From: Thermoplasmatota archaeon
GTDB lineage: Archaea > Thermoplasmatota > E2 > DHVEG-1
Direction of reading: 5' to 3'
Length of the DNA stretch: 35,504 nt
Assembly: GCA_030605515.1 (NCBI GenBank)
Contig: JAUWIE010000063.1
Location: 1-35,504 of the forward strand
Part shown: piece by piece, positions 28,501 to 34,771 of the stretch
How the letters are laid out: the number at the start of each line of letters is the position of its first letter
Position numbering within the stretch: position 1 is the first letter of the stretch
The notes under the pieces: generated by a model
Told to the model about the DNA's origin: nothing
Databases searched by the model: none
Seen by the model: the letters and a program-made list of their open reading frames with translations, nothing else
Program-made: the position numbers and the translations under genes

Positions 28501-28609
28501 GTTGTGTCAGGGCTGTGGAACATGTGTAAGCGCGTGTCCATCTAGTGCGATTCAGCAACGTGGATTTAAGGATAAACAAATTCTCCCTATTCTTGATGAA
28601 ATAGTCTAA
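25571..28609 (+). CDS. Tandem HdrA-HdrA fusion: module 1 lacks the N-terminal Cys domain, and module 2 has that domain but no inserted ferredoxin
   Basis: 1012 aa counted from the ATG at 25571; the tracked TTG at 25532 overlaps the upstream gene. Module 1 shows VVGGGIAGVQSSLDLA...CTSCGDCEEVCP...CVDCMKCVDAC...CVGSRD..YCSSMCC. Module 2 starts about nt 26935 with [14 protein letters not shown]...VIGGGIAGMTAALSLA...CVESRD..YCSRICC...CCGCKTCIAVCP, CQGCGTCVSACP. Confidence 0.87.
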   Translation: MAKKSEMVGAVAVVGGGIAGVQSSLDLADMGFKVYLLEKSPAIGGVMAQLDKTFPTNDCSMCILSPKLVDCVRHANIKLFTNTEVKKIEGKPGNFVVKALKKPRYVDLEKCTSCGDCEEVCPIKLPNTFEQGLSDRKAIYKLYPQAIPNAYVIDKEGDGEHRGCVDCMKCVDACKVGAINHDEKPENLKFDVGAVIVAAGSKPFNPIIKPEFGYKQYKNVMTSIEFERVLSASGPFEGKVIRPSDKKPPKKIAWVHCVGSRDKSVEHEYCSSMCCMYTAKEAVIAKEHDADVEPTVFYIDVRSFGKDFDKYIDRAKKEHGLRYVRSRISEIMEDPKTEDLVIRYEDDSGELKEEMFNLVVLSVGLCIAEEQRDELIEQLGFEVNEFGFVQTCPDDPVVLRPGVFVAGSFLEPQAIPESVMQASAAAANAAALLKDARGTLVKEKQYPAERDVSGEKPRVGVFVCHCGINIGGYVDVPAVVKFAESLDDVVYAEANLYTCSEDTQKRIVDAIKKHNLNRIIVAACTPRTHEPLFQKSLREAGLNPHLFEMTNIREQCSWVHMDKFKDATEKAKQLVAMTVAKTRFLQPIQEAEIPVIQKALVIGGGIAGMTAALSLADQGYETVLVEKEPVLGGYLNKVYYTVDGVDIDQLLKKTVEKVQNHNLIKVYTGSSLESLKGYVGSYESEIKTSKGTVKFSHGVVVVTVGASEYKPNSYLYGKNLQVLTQLELEKKLSDCQQDDIHDGDTFVMIQCVESRDEKRPYCSRICCMQAVKNAIRIKELSPKAEVFVLYRDLMTYGFKEKFYKDARMKGVMFLQYDAEKKPIVDTKDGLMVKFFEPMLQKKLEIPTDTLVLSTGLQPNLDNLVIAQMLKVPMNDDGFFLEAHVKLRPVDFSTRGVFVAGNCHTPKFISESIYQAQAAAARAATILAQPKLTAEPNIAVVDEDLCCGCKTCIAVCPYNAIDLTEDIKNGNVSNINEGLCQGCGTCVSACPSSAIQQRGFKDKQILPILDEIV

Positions 28610-28790
28610 AATATTATTACATTACTTTTCATTATTTGTTAGTTTCTGCTGTTTTTATGTGGTGATTTAATTATGCTTTTATTAGAATCATCAATATTTC
28701 AAATAAAAAAATTTCCTAAAGAGGCATTAATTATCCAAAAAATTATTATATTAATTGCTCATATTATATAATTGAATAGAAGGGCTTATC

Positions 28791-29003
28791 ATGGAAGAAA
28801 TTCTATACAATATAAACATACACAAAGATAAAGACTTATTTCTTGGAGAAGTTTATTCAGATATAGAGGGAGCAAAAGAGTTTAAAAACCATAAAATCGA
28901 GACATTACTAAAAGACATTATTCTTGATATGCAACTAAGCCAAGATACATTTTCAGATAGAGCTATAGAATTTACAGAAAATAAAGGAGAAAAACTTCTT
29001 TAA
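28791..29003 (+). CDS. Hypothetical 70-aa ORF
   Basis: ORF only, with no clear SD and no motif. Confidence 0.25.
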   Translation: MEEILYNINIHKDKDLFLGEVYSDIEGAKEFKNHKIETLLKDIILDMQLSQDTFSDRAIEFTENKGEKLL

Positions 29004-29054
29004 TTTTTTGTTATTAAGAAGAATAAATTATCCATAAATGAGAAACCACGTATT

Positions 29055-29378
29055 TTAGTTCATATGTTTTTTAGTTAAAGCTTTTATTGTACCAGATGTT
29101 CCTAGTGTTTCAATCATTACTTTCTTTGATGAAATCATCTTTATGGAGTTCAATAGTTTTATTGTACTATCTTTTTCAATATGGTTACATCTTATTATCC
29201 CATTTACTCCATTGAATCTAATAAGTCGAATGCCCATTTCTTTACAGTTTTTTCCAAAAATTTTTTTGCATTTATTTTGAATCTCAGAGATTATATCAAA
29301 TCTATCAAAATTTGCATCATTTGAGGGTTTGATAATAAACCCGATATATCTACGTCGTCTACCCTCTTTAACTACAAT
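29055..29378 (-). CDS. rnp2: RNase P protein component 2 (Pop5/Rnp2 family), probably starting at ATT
   Basis: The tracked 60-aa ORF (MGIRLIRFNG..GIIRCNH....TLGTSGTIKA) is the C-terminal half of Pop5. The frame is open upstream to a TAA at 29382-29384 and encodes the conserved RRRRYIGFII N-terminus with no ATG/GTG/TTG. ATT at 29376-29378 lies 6 nt after GAGGTG. Confidence 0.75.
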   Translation of the reverse strand: MVVKEGRRRRYIGFIIKPSNDANFDRFDIISEIQNKCKKIFGKNCKEMGIRLIRFNGVNGIIRCNHIEKDSTIKLLNSIKMISSKKVMIETLGTSGTIKALTKKHMN

Positions 29379-29409
29379 AGATTACACCTCAAAAAAACTA
29401 ATTTTTTTT

Positions 29410-30147
29410 TTAATCTGATTCAATACGAGGTGCAAGTAGATATGTTACATGTCCTTTTTTATCAGCGATATCAAATTCAACCCTTGTAGGGTTATCATTT
29501 CCAAGCATAATTGTTATCGGATCTTCACCTTTGATAGATTTTATCATATTGCTAAAGTAATCTATTGAAAACAGACTTCTACATTTACTTGATGCATTTA
29601 ATTCAATTAGTAAATCTTTAGGTAGCTTGAGATTCACGGTGTCTGTATCACCCTCAGCGCATAACTCAAAGTTATCCTTATTTATGGTGAGTGCTAAATG
29701 ATCAGAAACAGCTTCAGAGGCACGAACACCTTGATTAAGTTCAGATGCTCTGATAATTACCTTTCCAGGAAGGTCAAGATTTGGCATCTTAGGATCAGGC
29801 ATACCTGCAGTATCAATTAGTCCCATACGTCTCACAAGATTACCTATTTTTACAATTAATCGATTTGATTCATCATCAAACTCTAATGAAACTGTGTCAC
29901 CTGAGCTTGAAAGACGCATTATTCCACCTAATTTATTCATGTCAATTCCAAGTTCCATATTCTCTGCTTTGTATTCCTCAAAAGCCTTACTGTTCACATG
30001 TAAATCAACCATTGCTACATGTGCAGGATCAACTGCTCTTAAAGAAATACCTTTGTTAGTTATATTGAATTTTACTTCATTTACTAATGGAGATGTAACA
30101 TCGATTATACCTTTTAGTACTTCTGATTTTACCTTTGCATTAAACAT
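29410..30147 (-). CDS. pcn: PCNA, the DNA polymerase sliding clamp
   Basis: 245 aa with typical archaeal PCNA length and sequence character (ISLRAVDPAHVAMVDL...LGIDM..L...YLLAPRIE). Confidence 0.9.
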   Translation of the reverse strand: MFNAKVKSEVLKGIIDVTSPLVNEVKFNITNKGISLRAVDPAHVAMVDLHVNSKAFEEYKAENMELGIDMNKLGGIMRLSSSGDTVSLEFDDESNRLIVKIGNLVRRMGLIDTAGMPDPKMPNLDLPGKVIIRASELNQGVRASEAVSDHLALTINKDNFELCAEGDTDTVNLKLPKDLLIELNASSKCRSLFSIDYFSNMIKSIKGEDPITIMLGNDNPTRVEFDIADKKGHVTYLLAPRIESD

Positions 30148-30222
30148 GTTTATAATCCTCCCCAGGATTCTTTCACTCTTAAAATAAATAATGCAATTGA
30201 TGTTTATAACTATGACGGTATT

Positions 30223-30915
30223 TTAACTTAGAATTGTTGGTTTACATCTAGCAAACATTGTATAACCGGAAAAACCTGTTTTAATACCAAAACCAAGAAG
30301 GGAAAAATGACCAATCCAACCCTTATAACCAATGAAACCAACAGCTGTTACTCTATGAGGTCCTTCAAAAGTTTTAGTTTCATTTCCTCCCTCTGTTAAT
30401 GAAAGAAGAGGGGTGATCTCGGTATAAGCTGTTTCATCATTTGGATATCTACAAAATATTGTAGGTAATATTAATGGTGGCCGGAAATAAGGTGGTAACA
30501 AAGGAAACAGTTTAATTTTTCTAAGAGTAAATGGCTGTAATTTTATTTTAATATTTGTCTTAAAATGAAGCCCTCTCCCACGTGACTTAATCTTAGATAC
30601 AATACCAAAAATTCCATTTGAGTTATTACCAATTTTTAGTAACTTTTGTAGTTCAACATCATTTTCTAAAAGTTCGTCACATTTATCAGCAATAGCCTCT
30701 CCTATATCCTGTCCCATCTTTAGCGATAGATCAATCTGAATCGGTGTTATGGATCCGTCAAAGTCATGACGATAAATAGTTATTGTTTTAACCTGGCTTT
30801 CTCCTTTTGTAGAAGAATCATCCTGAACAGAGGCAATAGATAAAGATGTAAACCCTGATATCATAAAAATTAATACAATAAAGGTAGCACCAACTTTTTT
30901 AATTGTCCTGTTCAT
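30223..30915 (-). CDS. Hypothetical secreted protein
   Basis: 230 aa with an N-terminal signal-like segment (VGATFIVLIFMISGFTSLSIASV). No recognisable domain. Confidence 0.55.
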   Translation of the reverse strand: MNRTIKKVGATFIVLIFMISGFTSLSIASVQDDSSTKGESQVKTITIYRHDFDGSITPIQIDLSLKMGQDIGEAIADKCDELLENDVELQKLLKIGNNSNGIFGIVSKIKSRGRGLHFKTNIKIKLQPFTLRKIKLFPLLPPYFRPPLILPTIFCRYPNDETAYTEITPLLSLTEGGNETKTFEGPHRVTAVGFIGYKGWIGHFSLLGFGIKTGFSGYTMFARCKPTILS

Positions 30916-30995
30916 ATATAAATTCCCCTTAAGTTCTGTAATTTCCGTATTTAATTTAGTTAATATATTAAATTATTAATATTTAAGATTTTCCC

Positions 30996-31310
30996 CTATT
31001 GTTCTCTCCACTTAAAACCACACTTGGTACAAGTAAAAAACCTAGTCTCAGGCTCATCACTACCTCTCATTTGCCTTAATATCCAAAAAGCCTCATTATT
31101 ACCACATTTGGAACAAGGTACCTTAGCCTTTGGAAGAATATCAATTTTATCTTTATCTTCAATGATAGTAACTTCCTTTTTTATTTGTTTGCTAATAACT
31201 ACATTCTTACCTTTCTTCTTTTTTTCAAACCCACATTTATTACAAACAATAGATTCTCCTCTTGGATACATCAACACTTTACATTTAGGACAAAACATAT
31301 CACACTTCAC
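30996..31310 (-). CDS. tfs: Transcription factor S (TFS; RpoM/TFIIS-like zinc-ribbon cleavage factor)
   Basis: 104 aa with an N-terminal Zn ribbon (FCPKC...CNKCG). The C-terminal TFIIS-type ribbon carries the acidic loop (CSKCGNNEAFW..RQMRGSDEPETRFFTCTKCGFKWRE). Confidence 0.9.
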   Translation of the reverse strand: MKCDMFCPKCKVLMYPRGESIVCNKCGFEKKKKGKNVVISKQIKKEVTIIEDKDKIDILPKAKVPCSKCGNNEAFWILRQMRGSDEPETRFFTCTKCGFKWREQ

Positions 31311-31701
31311 TTCCTATAGCATCTTTTAATATATCTTCATGATCAAATGATAGATCAGGTAACTGCTTTAAGCTAAAAAACTTTACATCTGATGCATCAT
31401 CACCGCTCTTTAGCACCCCACTCTCAATTTTCAAACGATAAGCAACAGTAACCGAGTGGCCTCTAGGATCTCTTGCAGGATCTGAATAAACACCTATAAG
31501 CTCCATTATTTTTGTCTTCAAATTTGTTTCCTCAAACACCTCTCTTATCACCGCATCCTCAGTTTTTTCACCATATTCAACAAATCCACCAGGAAACGCC
31601 CACTTTCCTTTAAAAGGAGATATCTTTCTTTTAATCAAAAGAACTTCTTTATCTTTTACTATAATTCCATCAACTGTCAACTTAGGCGATTTATACCTCA
31701 T
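31300..31701 (-). CDS. NUDIX hydrolase
   Basis: Nudix box GGFVEYGEKTEDAVIREVFEETNL. I prefer the ATG at 31701 (MRYKSPKL...) over the tracked TTG at 31710. The 3' end overlaps the tfs start by 11 nt. Confidence 0.85.
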   Translation of the reverse strand: MRYKSPKLTVDGIIVKDKEVLLIKRKISPFKGKWAFPGGFVEYGEKTEDAVIREVFEETNLKTKIMELIGVYSDPARDPRGHSVTVAYRLKIESGVLKSGDDASDVKFFSLKQLPDLSFDHEDILKDAIGSEV

Positions 31702-31796
31702 TAAATCCAAAGAATAAAGTTGGCTGTATTTAATATTTAATAAAAAATACTCTATTGATTTGATTTATTAATTACTAACTGGATAATTGTTTGAAG

Positions 31797-31958
31797 CTAT
31801 CTCTTTAACCTTGACATAGATTCCCAAAAAGAGGGCAACTCTTTTTGTAATTCAGATTTCCAATTATAAAATGTTTGATCATCAATAAATCCATCTTTTT
31901 TAATATTATGAAAAAATTTCGAACGATTTTTCTTTTGTATCCCTTCAATGTTATCCAC
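31797..31958 (-). CDS. Possible 53-aa ORF (below the track cutoff)
   Basis: Hand translation gives VDNIEGIQKKNRSKFFHNIKKDGFIDDQTFYNWKSELQKELPSFWESMSRLKR. The GTG start directly follows an in-frame TAA, with AGGAAGGGAAAA upstream. No homology judgement is possible. Confidence 0.25.
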   Translation of the reverse strand: MDNIEGIQKKNRSKFFHNIKKDGFIDDQTFYNWKSELQKELPSFWESMSRLKR

Positions 31959-32116
31959 TTATTTTCCCTTCCTGTTTGTTAGAAATATAAGAATAAATTC
32001 AGGCTTTATGTATCTTTTTTGCAGGTGAATATGTAAATGAATATGTAGAAAACATATTTAATAAAATAAGTTGTAGTAAATTACAAAAATGAGTAATATA
32101 TTCCAACTTTCCAAAA

Positions 32117-32148
32117 GGGCTCGTGGTCTAGCTGGTTATGACTACAGC
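32117..32148 (+). pseudogene. 5' fragment of a tRNA gene (acceptor 5' strand, D arm, 5' strand of the anticodon stem); identity undeterminable
   Basis: GGGCTCG-TG-GTCT-AGCTGGTTA-TGAC-T-ACAGC fits tRNA positions 1-31. The following sequence (ATTTTCACGCAT...) cannot pair back, and no CGAGCCC 3' acceptor strand was seen downstream in the window. Confidence 0.6.
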
Positions 32149-32203
32149 ATTTTCACGCATATTTTCGACGAAAAAATCGACGAATATCTCAGCGAAAAGT
32201 ACG

Positions 32204-32524
32204 TTATAGCATAGCACGATAACAATTATTTTTCGGCATAACTTCCATTGCAAGTGGCGTCCAACCATTTCTTTTACAGACCTGTATTGCTACATTTCTC
32301 ACTATGCGTGCAACCCGTTCTTGAAACACTTTTGATCTTGTCTTTGGGATCCAGACAAAGTGATAGTTGATATTATATTTTGCATGTCGCGTTGTACGGA
32401 CTTTTGCAAGCTCGTAGCATTCAAGTTTTCCAAAACGAAAATGTTGTTTCGGATCTATTTCATGGTCTTTATATTTGGTAATTATGTCTTCTACGGCTTT
32501 CCAGTTGGTGTTTGTTTTTTTCAT
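32204..32524 (-). pseudogene. IS200/IS605-family TnpA (Y1/HUH transposase), 3'-truncated remnant
   Basis: The translation contains YNINYHFVWIPKTRSKVF....GWTPLAMEVMP, typical of Y1 transposases. It ends (KNNCYRAML*) exactly where the HUH motif (DHVHLL) should follow, and the catalytic Tyr helix is absent. I take the start from the MKKTNTNW ATG; the tracked ORF runs to 32596. Confidence 0.65.
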
Positions 32525-32814
32525 ATTCTGTTTCCTCCAGACGCCGAGTTTCGGCGGCGCTATGAAGGAAAAGAATTTTTTAGCAAGAGATGACAATATA
32601 GTTTTAGCAATTTATTGCGACCACGAAGTGGTAAAAGTTTATGCTTTCTCTTGCGTTGTTCTTTTACTATCACATTCACCAATATTTGAACTCCGTGAGT
32701 TCACTCGATTCAATGTTTAGAAACCTCATTTTTTAAAATGGGGTCATTGGATCGAAACCATCATTTTCTTTCAATTTCAAAGGATATTTTCATCTCTGCT
32801 CTATAAAGAGTAAC

Positions 32815-32831
32815 TGTAACTACTCACGTTT
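32815..32831. repeat. IS66-family terminal inverted repeat (transposase 3' side)
   Basis: GTAACTACTCACGTTTT is the exact reverse complement of 34640-34656. Confidence 0.85.
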
Positions 32832-34341
32832 TGGAAGCCACAGATTCATATTCCAAACATTCAGTGGATGATATCCCTAATTTTTCCGTAACAATTTCGA
32901 TGAAATTCTCGTTTCTTTTTTTAGATGTTTCTAACGTGCTTAAAAGTATTTGATATACTTCTGCACCTGTCCAAGTTCGTCTACCGCCACTTATTTTCCG
33001 GGCAAGTACTCCTTTTCTTACAGCTTGTTCAGCATCATTGTTATGCCAAGGTACACCTTCTACTTCTACAAAGGTGAAAAGCATATTCAGCCGTTTCAAC
33101 AATTCCTTAGAGATACGAATAGCATCACTATCTTCCCATTCTCTGCTAAGAAATTTCTCCAGCTCATCTTGAAAATGAAAACGAACAGTCCTTCGCTCCT
33201 CCACCAAAGGAGGGGGCTTTTTCAAATAATCTATAGATCTTTTCAAGATTGATCTGACACCATCAGCAAACTCAAGAAACTCTTTAGAGCATTTAGACGA
33301 ATCCTTCAAAATGGCAGATTTCGATGATAAGATTGTCCTTGGTTCTACACCATGCTTGACCTCTGCTCTTTCCAACCATCTGTTCACATGAATAAGATCT
33401 AACTGATGAGCTGAGCAATGTACAAAATCATATGGTTTCCATCCATCACGTCCAAGAACACCTTCAAATCCATCCAATATTTCTTCAGGAACTGCATGAC
33501 TGCGAGTTGGAGCAACTACAAATAGAGAAATAAGCTTACTGACAAATACCCACAACCATCCATTTTCCCCACCAATCCTGAATTTGGTTTCATCGGCGTT
33601 CACCATTTTTGCCTTGACAATTTCCACCTTCAGCTTGTTATAATCGTCCTTAAGTGTATCAGCCACCCACCGTTCAAGTTTAAGAATTGTGTCATCACTT
33701 GTTGGAATGCTATATGTTTCAAACAAACTGGACCGTATCTTACCAATGGTAAGACCCAGCAGCCTATGGTAAGTAACCCAACTGGCGACAAATGGTCCAA
33801 ATTCCTGATGCGGGGGCAACCATGGAACCTCACCCCGTACCAATTTCTTGCAACTATCACACCAATACCGATGATAGATGACATCATAAATCCTTGGAGT
33901 GGGGGGAGGAATGTCAGTAACCGTACGCTGTTGTTTTGCACTTTTAACTTCTCCGATGTTAGAATTTCCACAAAAGGGACATGAATCTAACGTAACATAT
34001 AATGAAGGTGAGTTTGAGACAGGTCTTTTCCGCCCATGTCCTTTATGGCCTGGTTGGCCCCCCGTAGGTTTTTTCTCTTTATCATTTCTGTTCCTTTTGT
34101 AAAATATTTTAGAACTTGGAACGCCACCTGCTTCTGCCGTTTTATCAGAAGCTGCAAGAACCATGACAGAACCCAAAAGTTGTGCCAATTTCCCTCTAAG
34201 ATCCTCATTGTCTTTTTCTAATTTCTCTCGTCTAATTCGTTCATTTTCAAGTTCTTCCGATAATTTCTTCTTTTCCTTTTCCAACTTTCGAATATGCTTC
34301 TTCAGTTTCCGAAGTTTTCCTTGTTTGTTCTCATTCGTCAT
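32824..34341 (-). CDS. IS66-family transposase (TnpC-like DDE transposase with leucine zipper and zinc finger)
   Basis: 505 aa with an N-terminal coiled coil (KLEKEKKKLSEELENERIRREKLEKDNEDLRGKL), GGQPGHKGHGRKRP, zinc finger CPFCG...CDSCKK, and ADETKFRIGGENGWLWVF. It also has CSAHQLDLIHVNRW and HNNDAEQAVRKGVLARKISGG..T..GA. Confidence 0.88.
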   Translation of the reverse strand: MTNENKQGKLRKLKKHIRKLEKEKKKLSEELENERIRREKLEKDNEDLRGKLAQLLGSVMVLAASDKTAEAGGVPSSKIFYKRNRNDKEKKPTGGQPGHKGHGRKRPVSNSPSLYVTLDSCPFCGNSNIGEVKSAKQQRTVTDIPPPTPRIYDVIYHRYWCDSCKKLVRGEVPWLPPHQEFGPFVASWVTYHRLLGLTIGKIRSSLFETYSIPTSDDTILKLERWVADTLKDDYNKLKVEIVKAKMVNADETKFRIGGENGWLWVFVSKLISLFVVAPTRSHAVPEEILDGFEGVLGRDGWKPYDFVHCSAHQLDLIHVNRWLERAEVKHGVEPRTILSSKSAILKDSSKCSKEFLEFADGVRSILKRSIDYLKKPPPLVEERRTVRFHFQDELEKFLSREWEDSDAIRISKELLKRLNMLFTFVEVEGVPWHNNDAEQAVRKGVLARKISGGRRTWTGAEVYQILLSTLETSKKRNENFIEIVTEKLGISSTECLEYESVASKT

Positions 34342-34639
34342 GATTCAATATCACCAGATAGACGGTCTTTCCCAAATGTTCCTTTGGACAGTCTACTTTT
34401 GCACTTGTGCCAAAACGGGTTACTTTTCGTATATAGAATCCATGGATATTGTTGATTTTCAATTCCGTGGCTAGTGTCATTGGAACCCGTTTCATGAGAT
34501 ATCTAATAGATATCTTAAGTATTTAATGTTTTCGGTAATTCGACTGGATTTCTTGCCAAAAACTAAAGATCAGTTTTGAAAATGTATTAGAATCTATCTG
34601 ATCAGATAACAAAAAGGATGCAAGGCATCACTGTTTTCT

Positions 34640-34656
34640 AAAACGTGAGTAGTTAC
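34640..34656. repeat. IS66-family terminal inverted repeat (transposase 5' side)
   Basis: AAAACGTGAGTAGTTAC is the exact reverse complement of 32815-32831. Confidence 0.85.
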
Positions 34657-34771
34657 GAAGATATTTGTTATTCATTTTTTCACTTCAGAAATTAATAACA
34701 TTTGTAAGGATTTATATTTTTCTATAAATTCATATTCGGCTAACGAATTAGATCCGACTTAGAAAGTATTT

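Larger units (their letters stand above)
32815..34656 (-). mobile_element. IS66-family insertion sequence, single-ORF (ISBst12-like) type, apparently intact
   Basis: It is bounded by perfect 17-bp terminal inverted repeats starting GTAA, as is typical for IS66. It encodes one full-length IS66-type transposase and is 1842 bp long. Confidence 0.8.

Noticed and set aside
32117-32230. Intron-containing or Nanoarchaeum-style split tRNA gene as the explanation for the tRNA 5' fragment
   Set aside because: The break falls after position ~31, not at 37/38. No bulge-helix-bulge partner, no GCTGT anticodon-stem 3' strand and no CGAGCCC acceptor 3' strand was found in the window. The adjacent truncated transposase makes a deletion scar the simpler explanation. 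This stays open pending a whole-genome search.
34163-34474. A plus-strand 103-aa ORF and other small ORFs overlapping the IS66 transposase 5' region; I considered them as the missing TnpA/TnpB-like accessory genes of IS66
   Set aside because: They are antisense to or overlap the transposase gene, have S/F-rich low-complexity translations, and show no resemblance to IS66 TnpA/TnpB. The element fits the single-ORF subgroup.
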